64,000 nucleotides of DNA from an uncultured Holophaga sp. Its GTDB lineage: Bacteria > Acidobacteriota > Holophagae > Holophagales > Holophagaceae. Under the pieces are notes generated by a model. It searched no databases, was not told the origin of the DNA, and saw nothing but the letters and a program-made list of their open reading frames with translations. The position numbers were made by a program, and so were the translations under genes. The DNA is taken from the NCBI GenBank assembly GCA_963664825.1, contig OY761614.1, positions 2,080,001-2,144,000 on the forward strand. Direction: 5' to 3'. Below are positions 47,117-55,478 of the stretch, in pieces; within the stretch, counting starts at the first letter, position 1; the number at the start of each line of letters is the position of its first letter.

Positions 47117-47291
47117 AGCATTCTCCTGCCTCTAGCCTGCCACGACTGGCCCGAGGGGTGGGGATCCCGGATTTCGCCTTGGGAATCAAGGCTTTTCCAG
47201 GTATCCTGACCCTTCGCCCGATTTCCGGGTACGGGCCGCCAGGCCTTAAACCAACGAGAGGGCTGGAAATACCAGCCGGGTAGGAGGATCC

Positions 47292-47963
47292 ATGAGCAAC
47301 ACTGAAACCATCATCGTGGCCTTGCGTGAAACGGTCGGCAAGGCCGCCTCCCGCGAACTTCGCAAGAGCGGTTTCATCCCCGCGACCATCTATGGCCTGG
47401 GTGAGGCCGTGGTTTCGGTCGCCATCAGCCCCAAGATCGTGGCCCGCATCCTGGCCAGCGATACCGGCATGAACTCCATGATCCATATGCAGCGCGAAGG
47501 CACCGATATCCAGCGCCACGCCATCATCAAGGACCTGCAGCGCGATCCCGTCACGGGCCGCCTCTCCCACGTGGATTTCATGCGCGTGGATCCCACCCAC
47601 AAGGTGAAGGTGCAGGTCCCCATCATTCTCAAGGGCATTCCTGCGGGCGTGAAGGAGGGCGGCATCCTTGACTTCGTCCATCGTTACATTGAGATTGAGT
47701 GCCTGCCCGCCCTCATTCCTGCCCATGTTGAAGTCAACGTGGACCGCTTGATGGTCGGCGATGTCATCCGCGTCGATCAGATCGAGCTGGATAGCCATCT
47801 GACGGTGCTGGGCGATCCCCGCAATGTGATCTGCTCTGTCCAGGGCGCCATGGCCGAGGAAGAGGTCGCTCCCGTCGTTGCTGCGGAAGCCCCCGCCGCT
47901 GAAGGTGCGGTCAAGGAAGCCGAAGCCGCTCCCGCCAAGGGCAAGAAGGACGACAAGAAGTAG
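47292..47963 (+). CDS. rplY: 50S ribosomal protein L25 (Ctc type)
   Basis: AGGAGG RBS; GKAASRELR..IPATIYG, HVDF, GVKEGG, acidic Ala-rich tail. Confidence 0.95.
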   Translation: MSNTETIIVALRETVGKAASRELRKSGFIPATIYGLGEAVVSVAISPKIVARILASDTGMNSMIHMQREGTDIQRHAIIKDLQRDPVTGRLSHVDFMRVDPTHKVKVQVPIILKGIPAGVKEGGILDFVHRYIEIECLPALIPAHVEVNVDRLMVGDVIRVDQIELDSHLTVLGDPRNVICSVQGAMAEEEVAPVVAAEAPAAEGAVKEAEAAPAKGKKDDKK

Positions 47964-47981
47964 TTCCTTTTTCCGAGAACC

Positions 47982-48013
47982 ACGAATGGCCGCCTGAGAG
48001 CGGCCATTCGTTT
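47982..48013 (+). terminator. Stem-loop / weak intrinsic terminator after rplY
   Basis: acgaatggccgc-ctgaga-gcggccattcgt then tt. Confidence 0.6.
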
Positions 48014-48027
48014 AGCGGGAGCCGACC

Positions 48028-48711
48028 GTGTGGGGTGTATTGCAGAAGCTCTTGGGCTCCCGGATGCAGACGGAGCCCCTGCCGGTGGGGCCCCACTGGA
48101 TCCTGCTGCCTCTGGGCAATCCCGGTGGAAAATACTCCGCCACCCGCCACAATCTGGGGCGTCTCGTCGTGCAGCGCTGGATGGAGCGCCACTGCCCGGA
48201 GCCCGAGACGCTGCATCGCTTTCAGACCGGCACGCTCTACGGCTTGAAGGAGCCCTTCCTGGCCCTCGTGCCCGGCACCTACATGAACCTCTCCGGCCAG
48301 GTGGTGGCCGAGGCCCTGGAGGCCGGGATGGATCCGGCCCGGATGATCGTGCTCTTCGATGACAAGGATCTGCCCCTGGGCATGGGGCGCTTCCGCCTGG
48401 AAGGGAGTGCCGGGGGCCACAATGGCCTTCAGAGCGTGATCGAGCATTTGGGCGGGCCGAAGGTGGCGCGACTGCGCCTGGGCATCGGCCCCTTCCAGCG
48501 TCCCCTGGCTGCCTTCGTCCTCCAGGATTGGAGCGAGGCGGAAAGGGCGCGCATCGAGGCCCTGGACGGGCCTTTCGCGCGATTCATGGAACTCCTGGGA
48601 GGCTGCGAGAATCTGGAGAGCCTCAGCGGGAGGGTGAATGGCGCGGCCTTCTGGGGGGAGGCTCCAGGCTCGGCCTCAGAAACTTCCCTTGAGCCTCAGG
48701 CCGAACCCTGA
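48028..48711 (+). CDS. pth: Peptidyl-tRNA hydrolase
   Basis: LGNPG..Y..TRHNLG, TYMNLSG, DDKDL, AGGHNG, RLRLGIG; rplY-pth synteny. Start may be 48064. Confidence 0.92.
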   Translation: MWGVLQKLLGSRMQTEPLPVGPHWILLPLGNPGGKYSATRHNLGRLVVQRWMERHCPEPETLHRFQTGTLYGLKEPFLALVPGTYMNLSGQVVAEALEAGMDPARMIVLFDDKDLPLGMGRFRLEGSAGGHNGLQSVIEHLGGPKVARLRLGIGPFQRPLAAFVLQDWSEAERARIEALDGPFARFMELLGGCENLESLSGRVNGAAFWGEAPGSASETSLEPQAEP

Positions 48712-48745
48712 GAAACTGTTCTTTCACGCTCCCCGCCGGGGAGCT

Positions 48746-48812
48746 CTCCTTGCTCTGGCCCACCATGATCGTCATGGCCGGGAATGAACCGGGGCTTCAC
48801 ATCCACAAGGAG
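48746..48812 (+). ncRNA. rpsF leader (S6:S18-binding autoregulatory RNA)
   Basis: ctccttg pairs with caaggag (covers the SD); inner stems gctctgg/ccggggc and ccatga/tcatgg followed by CCG. Confidence 0.65.
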
Positions 48813-48817
48813 GATGA

Positions 48818-49207
48818 ATGCGTCGTTACGAGACGATCTTTATCGCCTCCCCGACTTTGACCGACGAGCAGATTGACGAGCTCGTGCGTTATTTCGAGGG
48901 AATCGTTGTCGAGCAGGGTGGCGAGCTGCTCAGGACCGACAAGTGGGGCCGCAAGAAGCTGGCCTACGAAGTGCAGAAGTTCAGCGAGGGCTACTACACC
49001 CTGTTCGAAATGAACGCGGGTCCCAGCCTCATCGCCGAGCTCGAGCGCCGCTTCCGCAACCACGACTCCGTCATCAAGTTCATGTCAGTGCGCATGGACG
49101 AGCAGGCCAAGGCCGCTGAGCGTCAGAAGATCCGCTACGCCCGCGAGGCCAAGCGCAAGGCTCAGGCTGGCATCAAGGAGCGTTCCGCTGAAGAGGTGAT
49201 GGGATGA
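48818..49207 (+). CDS. rpsF: 30S ribosomal protein S6
   Basis: [17 protein letters not shown]. Confidence 0.97.
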   Translation: MRRYETIFIASPTLTDEQIDELVRYFEGIVVEQGGELLRTDKWGRKKLAYEVQKFSEGYYTLFEMNAGPSLIAELERRFRNHDSVIKFMSVRMDEQAKAAERQKIRYAREAKRKAQAGIKERSAEEVMG

Positions 49208-49467
49208 AGAAGCGCGCAGCTGCAAAGGGCAAGCCCAAGAAGAAAAAGCAGTTTGGCGGACGGCGCAGCAAGTTCTGCAAATTCTGCGTCGAAAAGTCCA
49301 CGTTCGTTGATTACAAGGATGTGAAGACCCTCCAGGGCTTCACTCCCGAGCGCGGCAAGGTCCTGCCCCGCCGCACCAGCGGCGTGTGCGCCCTCCACCA
49401 GCGCATGCTCGTCGAAGCGATCAAGCGCTCGCGCAATATCGCGCTGCTGCCTTTCGCCACTGACTAG
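49204..49467 (+). CDS. rpsR: 30S ribosomal protein S18 (zinc-binding form)
   Basis: [35 protein letters not shown]. Confidence 0.97.
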   Translation: MKKRAAAKGKPKKKKQFGGRRSKFCKFCVEKSTFVDYKDVKTLQGFTPERGKVLPRRTSGVCALHQRMLVEAIKRSRNIALLPFATD

Positions 49468-49483
49468 GCTTTTCCGTTTTACG

Positions 49484-49519
49484 AAGCGGGCCGCCCCAGG
49501 GCGGCCCGCTTTGTAATTT
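49484..49519 (+). terminator. Intrinsic terminator after rpsR
   Basis: aagcgggccgcc-ccag-ggcggcccgctt followed by a T-rich tail. Confidence 0.75.
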
Positions 49520-49551
49520 CAAGAGCGGCCTTCAGCGGGTACCCTAGGGGC

Positions 49552-50067
49552 ATGCCCGAGACTGCCCCCCCCTCGCTCACCCTTCCCCTCCGCCGCATGA
49601 AGGCCCTCCAGGCCAGCTGGAAGCCCCTGCTGCTCAATTGGCTGGTACCCGGCCTGGGTTACTGGCGGATCGGAGAAAAACTGCGGGCCAAGGTGCTCTT
49701 CGGCGTGAGCCTCACCTTCTGTCTGCTGGCCTTCCTCCAACTCCACTTCGGTGCCGTGGACGGCATCACGGGCGGCGTGTTCGTCCCCAAGACTGATCCC
49801 TTCGAATGGATGCCCACCCTGGGCGCCCTGGGCACGGCGGGCGTGGGGCCTGTCTACACGCTCTACGCCTGGGCCTTTGGCGGCTCCGTGGCCGAACCCG
49901 TGCGCAACCTCACCCAGGAATACGGCGCCACCTACCTCATGGTGGCCGGCCTCCTCAACTGGCTCGCCTGCTTCGATCTCTTCGACCGCGTGACGGGGCG
50001 CTGGATCTATCGCCTGCCCAAGGACGAGCTGGATACCCTGACGAAGAAGGAAACGAAGGGGGAATAG
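49552..50067 (+). CDS. Membrane protein (DUF6677-like)
   Basis: WLVPGLGY, EYG..YL.VAGLLN..FD pattern; hydrophobic segments. Confidence 0.65.
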   Translation: MPETAPPSLTLPLRRMKALQASWKPLLLNWLVPGLGYWRIGEKLRAKVLFGVSLTFCLLAFLQLHFGAVDGITGGVFVPKTDPFEWMPTLGALGTAGVGPVYTLYAWAFGGSVAEPVRNLTQEYGATYLMVAGLLNWLACFDLFDRVTGRWIYRLPKDELDTLTKKETKGE

Positions 50068-50068
50068 G

Positions 50069-51781
50069 GTGCCGTCTCTCCCTGCTTGCATGGCCGCAAT
50101 CAGAGCCTTTCTTGCGGGGCCGTGGAGTCGTCGGAGCCGAAGTCTGGCGGAGTTTCGCAAGGCCTGGGGGCTGGAGATTCCTCGGGAGCGGAACATGGAC
50201 CTGATTGCCATGTTCCACGAACTCAGGCGCGGATCTCGCACGACAGGTGCGCTGTCCCGGGGGGGGCATCTCGAAGGTCGTGAGCAGGCTGTCCCCCCTG
50301 ACATCATTGACGAGAAGACCTGGCAGGACCTGGCCATGGACGAGGTCTTCGCCAAGCTTGACCGCACGGTCAGCATGCCGGGGCGGCAGGTGCTCTACGA
50401 CCAGATGCGGACCTGTGAGGCTGACGACCGCGTCCTGTTGGAACGGGCCCGCCAACATGCGTGCTTCCACGGGGACGCCAGGCTTCGGGAGGAGATCCAA
50501 CTGCTCCTGGCCCGCCTGGGCGACCCGAGGGCGGCCTGGATCTCTCCCCTGCTGCTCAAGGATCTGCCCGAGGTCCCCACGTGGGCGCCTCTGCTCTATC
50601 CGTGCAGTTTCCTGTCCCTGGCCTGCCTGGCGGGGGCCTTCTTCTGGAAACCGTTCATCCTGCCCTCCCTCGGGTTGATGCTGCTCAATCTCGTGGTGAA
50701 CGAGACCTACGGGCGGCGTATCACGCCATACTTTTCCGGGTTCAGCCAATTGGACGCCCTGTTGGGTTCCATCCTTGGGCTGGCCGGAATGGGGGAGGGC
50801 CGGGGCCTCCCTCAGGTGGATCTCATGCGAGAGGCCGTTCCCCTCGTGGTCCGCCTGCGTCGACGCTTCGGTTGGCTGGCCCGCGATCGGGCGACACTGC
50901 CCGAACCCATGCCCGCGCTCATTGGGTATCTGAACCTGCTGTTTCTTTTCGATGTGGTGATCTTCCTGCGTTCTGTGGCAAGCCTACGGAAGCATCGGTT
51001 GGTTCTCGTGGATCTGCTGGAGGCCGTGGGATCCCTGGACGCGGCCATTTCAGTGGCTTCCTATCAAACGGGCCTGTCCCACTGGACGGTGCCCGAGATC
51101 ACCCCGGAACGCCGAATCCAGGCCGAGGGGTTGTACCATCCCCTGCTTGCCGCGCCCGTGGCCAATCCGTTGCACCTAACCCAGCGTTCGGCCCTCATCA
51201 CGGGCTCCAATATGGCGGGCAAGACCACCTTCATCCGCACGGTTGGCATCAATGTGATCCTGGCTCGCACGCTGAACTTCTGTCTGGCGGAGCGGGCCAC
51301 CCTGCCCAAGGCCATGGTGAAATCCTCCATCCGTCGGGAGGACAAGCTCGCTGAAGGCCAGAGCTACTACTTCACGGAGTTGAAGCGCCTTCGGGAATTC
51401 CTGGATGCGGGGCCTCTTCATCTCTTCCTCATCGACGAGATCTTCCGGGGCACCAATACCGTGGAAAGGATTGCGGCTTCTTCGGCCGTGTTGCGCCAAC
51501 TGGCTCGGGATCACATGGTGCTCGTCACGACCCATGATCTGGAACTCCACGAATGGCTCGCCGAGGATTTCGATATGCACCATTTCAGCGAACAGGTGGT
51601 GGAAGGTCGCTGCGGGTTCGACTATCGCATCCAACCGGGCCCGGCCCGGTCCCGCAATGCCATCAGGCTCCTGGAACTCAACGGCTATCCCGCATCCATC
51701 ACAGGGGAAGCCAGGGAGCTGGCCGAGAAGATCGCGGCGGGTTTCGAGGGGGGCGGCCTCCCTTGCGTCTTGAAGTCTTAG
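50069..51781 (+). CDS. Membrane-anchored MutS domain V family ATPase
   Basis: TWQDLAMDEVF, TM segments, LYHP, ITGSNMAGKTT, LIDEIFRGTN, TTHD, RNAIRLL. Confidence 0.85.
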   Translation: MPSLPACMAAIRAFLAGPWSRRSRSLAEFRKAWGLEIPRERNMDLIAMFHELRRGSRTTGALSRGGHLEGREQAVPPDIIDEKTWQDLAMDEVFAKLDRTVSMPGRQVLYDQMRTCEADDRVLLERARQHACFHGDARLREEIQLLLARLGDPRAAWISPLLLKDLPEVPTWAPLLYPCSFLSLACLAGAFFWKPFILPSLGLMLLNLVVNETYGRRITPYFSGFSQLDALLGSILGLAGMGEGRGLPQVDLMREAVPLVVRLRRRFGWLARDRATLPEPMPALIGYLNLLFLFDVVIFLRSVASLRKHRLVLVDLLEAVGSLDAAISVASYQTGLSHWTVPEITPERRIQAEGLYHPLLAAPVANPLHLTQRSALITGSNMAGKTTFIRTVGINVILARTLNFCLAERATLPKAMVKSSIRREDKLAEGQSYYFTELKRLREFLDAGPLHLFLIDEIFRGTNTVERIAASSAVLRQLARDHMVLVTTHDLELHEWLAEDFDMHHFSEQVVEGRCGFDYRIQPGPARSRNAIRLLELNGYPASITGEARELAEKIAAGFEGGGLPCVLKS

Positions 51782-51854
51782 GACCTGACCTAAGCCCCGC
51801 TGGGTAGGCTGAGCCTCTGCTTAGCGGAACTGGGATGTGCGGCGCCATGTACTC

Positions 51855-52031
51855 GACTCATGTGGAGATGATGCTCGCTGGGCGGGTCCCCGCTCGTCGG
51901 GCTGCACTGCAGCCCGTCTCAGCACCGCAGCGTGTGCGGCGCGTCTCGCGACCCTGCCGTCTGTGTGACCCATGTGGAGATGATGCTCACTGAGCGGGTC
52001 CCCGCTCGTCGGGCTGCACTGCAGCCCGTCT
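51855..52031. repeat. Two 65-bp direct repeats, each with two hairpins
   Basis: 51855-51919 and 51967-52031, 3 mismatches, 47-bp spacer. Confidence 0.9.
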
Positions 52032-52041
52032 TGCGACCCGC

Positions 52042-52497
52042 TTACAGTTCGCCACCCTTTCTTACGCGGTCCATCTCGCGCTTGTGTTCGCGCTCCTTGA
52101 GGGCTTCCCGCTTATCGCCCAGGGTCTTGCCCTCGGCCAGGGCGATCTTTACCTTGATGAAGCCTCGGGGGGTCAGGTAGATGGCCAGGGGCACGATGGT
52201 GTAGCCCTTGCGGGTGGCCTTGGCGACGATCTTGGTGATCTCGGCGCGGTTCAGCAGCAGCTTGCGGGGCCTCAGGGGATCGTGATTGGCATCGGTGCCG
52301 AAATCATAGGGCGGGATGTGGGCCTGCTTGAGCCAGAGCTCGGTGCCTTGGATATCCACATAGGCGTCCTGCAACTGGCCCTTGCCCGTGCGCAGGGACT
52401 TCACCTCCGTGCCCACCAGGGCTACGCCCGCCTCCCAGGTCTCCAGGATGTGGTAGGTATGGAAGGCCTTGCGGTTGCGGGCGAGATCCTCGGACAT
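52042..52497 (-). CDS. smpB: SsrA-binding protein
   Basis: NRKAFHTY, EAGVALVGTEVKSLR, NHDPLRPRKLLL, DKRE. Confidence 0.97.
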   Translation of the reverse strand: MSEDLARNRKAFHTYHILETWEAGVALVGTEVKSLRTGKGQLQDAYVDIQGTELWLKQAHIPPYDFGTDANHDPLRPRKLLLNRAEITKIVAKATRKGYTIVPLAIYLTPRGFIKVKIALAEGKTLGDKREALKEREHKREMDRVRKGGEL

Positions 52498-52535
52498 GGC
52501 TCCAGTGTAGCGTGGGCCGAAAATGAGTCAGGGGG

Positions 52536-54611
52536 CTACTTGCCGAGGAGTTCCTTCAATAGGAAATCGGCGTCATAGAGTTTCCTCAGCGCCTCGGTCA
52601 TGCCGGAGGTGTGCACGGCCACGGCCCGGTTGGCCGTTGCATCGTAGACGACGTTGCCCACGAGGCTCTCGATATTGCCATCGAAGATCAGGCCCACCAG
52701 TTCGCCCGAGCGATTGATCACAGGCGAGCCGGAGTTGCCGCCGATGATGTCGCAGGTGCAGACGAAATCCAGGGGCGTCTCGAGCTCCAGCTTGGCCTTG
52801 CCCTGGACGTAGCGGGAGGGCAGGGCGTAGGGGCCCTGGAAGTCGAAGCTGGCGGCACGGTCATAGAGCCCATGGAAGGTCGTCTTGGAGGGAGCCTGGG
52901 TGCCGTTCAGGGGGTAGCCCTTCACGGTGCCGTAGGAAAGGCGCAGGGTGAAATTGGCGTCGGGGTTCACGGTCTTGCCGTAGACCGCGAACCGCGCCTG
53001 GCCGAGCTTCTCGCCTGCCAGGGTCACGGCGCTCTCCACGTGGTCCTCGTGCCACATGCGCAGTTCCCGCAGGAAGGGATCCAGCTTGCGGACCCAGACG
53101 ATCAGGGGATCCTGGGAGGAAGCCAGGGCCTTGGCGCCCCCCTCCAGGAGCTGCTTGCGCAGGGCGGGCTCCCCGATGCGGGTGCCGGAAATGAGCGCCT
53201 TGGCCACTTCGATGGGCTTTTGGCCATGGAGGGCCGCCTTGACGAAGGGGTCATCCGCTCCGAGTTCCTTCATGGACTGCTGGAGGCTATCGGCCAGCAG
53301 GGTTTCTTCCAGGGCTTTATAGTTTGGCGCCGGGGAAAGGAGGCTGAAGCGCAGGGATTCCAGCCCCGCCTCGTGGAATTCCTCCAGGCGCTCCCCATCG
53401 GGTTTGGCCACTTCGGTCACGTAGCGGAGGAGGGTGAGGGCCGTGCCCGGCAGCTCATAGCCTCCGATGCGCCGGAACATCCGGGGCTTGAGCTGCTCCA
53501 GGGAGAGCTGCTGCGCCTTGTCGATGGCCTCCCAGGCCGGGCCGTAGGCCTTCTGCCATTGGGGCTTGGCGGCCACGAGCCTGCGGAAGTCCTGCTCGTC
53601 CTGGGCCTTCTTGGCCATGAGGTGCCGGTCCTTGAGGCCGTCGTATTCGCCGCCTAGAGCCTTGAGGCTATTCTGCAGGCCGAAGACCAGGCTCCCGGCC
53701 TGCCGGGCTTCCTCCCTCCCCCGGGCCCCGTAGCCCTGGACCACATCCAGGAGGTGCTTGAGCCGGGCGAGGGTCAGCGGATAGAAATGATCGCGGTTGA
53801 ATTCGAGCTGGGCCAGGGTGCTCAGCCGCTCGGTGGAACCGGGATGGCCCGAGACGAAGACCAGTTCGTCCTGGCCAGCCCCCTTGGGATTCCACTTCAG
53901 GTAGGCGGGGCTCTTCACGGCCTGGCCGTTTTCGTAGACCCGGAACATGGCCATATCCAGGTCGTGGCGCGGGAAGGTGAAGTTATCGGAGTCGCCGCCG
54001 TAGAAGGCTATCTGCTGCTCCGGCGCGAAGACCAGGCGGATATCGGTGTATTTCTTGTATCGGTAGATCCAGTATTCGCCCCCCTGGTAGAGGGTCACGA
54101 TATCCGAGCGCAGCCCCGTGGCGTCCAGGCTCTCCTTCTCGAGCCGGGCCATGACGGCCTTGCGGGCTTCCATGGATTGTTTCTCGCTCATGCCGGGTTG
54201 GAGGGCGGCCTGGATCCGGGCCGTGACGTCCTCCATGGACATCAGCACATTGAGTTCGAGATCCGGACAGGGCAGCTCCTCGGCGGCATTCCGGGCGATG
54301 AAGCCGGTCTTGATGTAGTCCTGCTCCGGGGTGGAGACCTTCTGGAGCTGGCCCCGGGCCACATGGTGGTTGGTGAGCACCAGGCCCTCGGGGCTGATGA
54401 AGGAGCCCGAACCGCCGTCATTGAAGCGCACGGAGGCCATGCGCACATGGTCCAGCCAGGCCTTGTCGGGCTCGAAACCATAGCGGGCCTTGAGCTGCTT
54501 GAGGGGCGGGTTATCGAAGGTCCACATCCCCTCTTCGGCCCGCAGGGGCAGACTTCCGATGACGAGGGCGAGGGCGCAGCTGCCCAGGGCGAAGCGGGAG
54601 AGGATGGCCAT
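52536..54611 (-). CDS. S46 family dipeptidyl peptidase (DPP7-like)
   Basis: Signal peptide, EEGMW, GSGSF, TNHH, DIIGGNSGSP, FDGN (Gly at the S1 position). Confidence 0.92.
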   Translation of the reverse strand: MAILSRFALGSCALALVIGSLPLRAEEGMWTFDNPPLKQLKARYGFEPDKAWLDHVRMASVRFNDGGSGSFISPEGLVLTNHHVARGQLQKVSTPEQDYIKTGFIARNAAEELPCPDLELNVLMSMEDVTARIQAALQPGMSEKQSMEARKAVMARLEKESLDATGLRSDIVTLYQGGEYWIYRYKKYTDIRLVFAPEQQIAFYGGDSDNFTFPRHDLDMAMFRVYENGQAVKSPAYLKWNPKGAGQDELVFVSGHPGSTERLSTLAQLEFNRDHFYPLTLARLKHLLDVVQGYGARGREEARQAGSLVFGLQNSLKALGGEYDGLKDRHLMAKKAQDEQDFRRLVAAKPQWQKAYGPAWEAIDKAQQLSLEQLKPRMFRRIGGYELPGTALTLLRYVTEVAKPDGERLEEFHEAGLESLRFSLLSPAPNYKALEETLLADSLQQSMKELGADDPFVKAALHGQKPIEVAKALISGTRIGEPALRKQLLEGGAKALASSQDPLIVWVRKLDPFLRELRMWHEDHVESAVTLAGEKLGQARFAVYGKTVNPDANFTLRLSYGTVKGYPLNGTQAPSKTTFHGLYDRAASFDFQGPYALPSRYVQGKAKLELETPLDFVCTCDIIGGNSGSPVINRSGELVGLIFDGNIESLVGNVVYDATANRAVAVHTSGMTEALRKLYDADFLLKELLGK

Positions 54612-54763
54612 GGAGACCTCCGTGGAAGGGAACGGGATTCCTCAAGAGGATAGCTCGTCCCACGAATGCGTGCCTGCCGTCTGGGGGTTGAGGAGGAAAG
54701 CCCGCCCTTCCGCGATACGCTGGAGGATTGGCGTCCCGATCGGGTCGCCCCCCGGGAGGCCCC

Positions 54764-55417
54764 GTGTTGCAGAAGATTCTCGCTCCCATCGTCGCCTGCA
54801 TGGTGGCCATCATGGCGGCCATGGGCCCCCTGGGCGTCACGCTGCTCATGGCCATCGAGAGCGCCTGCATCCCCCTCCCCAGCGAGGTCATCATGCCCTT
54901 CGCGGGCTTCCTGGCCTTCAAGGGGCAGATGACCTTCCTGGGCCTGGGGGCGGGACACCCCGTGGCCCAGATCTGGATTGCGGCCATCTTCGGTGCCCTG
55001 GGCTGCAATCTGGGCTCCATCCCCGCCTTCGAGATCGGCGCCTGGGGCGGTCGGAAGGCCGTGGAGAAATACGGGAAGTACATCTGGCTGAACCTGGGCC
55101 ATCTGGACCAGGCCCATCGCTTCTTCGAGCGCTTCGGCACCTGGGCCATCCCTGCGGCCCGCATGTTGCCGGTGGTGCGCACCTTCATCGCCCTGCCCGC
55201 GGGCATCGCCAAGATGGACCGCACCCGCTTCCACATCCTGACCTTTTTGGGCAGCCTGCCCTGGTGCCTGGGACTGGCTTGGATCGGCTACAAATTGGGC
55301 GAGAAATGGCATACCCTCGGCGCCTACTTCCACAGACTGGACGCGGTGATCGGCATCCTGATCCTCGGGGGCCTGGCCTGGTTCATCTGGGACCATCTGC
55401 GGCAGCGAAGGGCCTGA
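54764..55417 (+). CDS. DedA family membrane protein
   Basis: GTG after GGAGG; ESACIPLPSEVIMPFAG, ARMLPVVRTFIALPAG. Confidence 0.92.
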   Translation: MLQKILAPIVACMVAIMAAMGPLGVTLLMAIESACIPLPSEVIMPFAGFLAFKGQMTFLGLGAGHPVAQIWIAAIFGALGCNLGSIPAFEIGAWGGRKAVEKYGKYIWLNLGHLDQAHRFFERFGTWAIPAARMLPVVRTFIALPAGIAKMDRTRFHILTFLGSLPWCLGLAWIGYKLGEKWHTLGAYFHRLDAVIGILILGGLAWFIWDHLRQRRA

Positions 55418-55478
55418 TAGGCGAATCCGGGCATCCGGCGATCCGAGGGACTACACTTCCCTGGCACTGGAGGCAGGC

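Noticed and set aside
48028..48711. pth as a degenerate gene (LPLGNPG, VLFDD variants)
   Set aside because: Catalytic His in TRHN plus YMN, Asp and GGHNG motifs are intact.
51855..52031. CRISPR mini-array or tmRNA downstream of smpB
   Set aside because: Only two units, the 65-bp repeat is too long and there are no cas genes; no tRNA-like tmRNA ends are visible.
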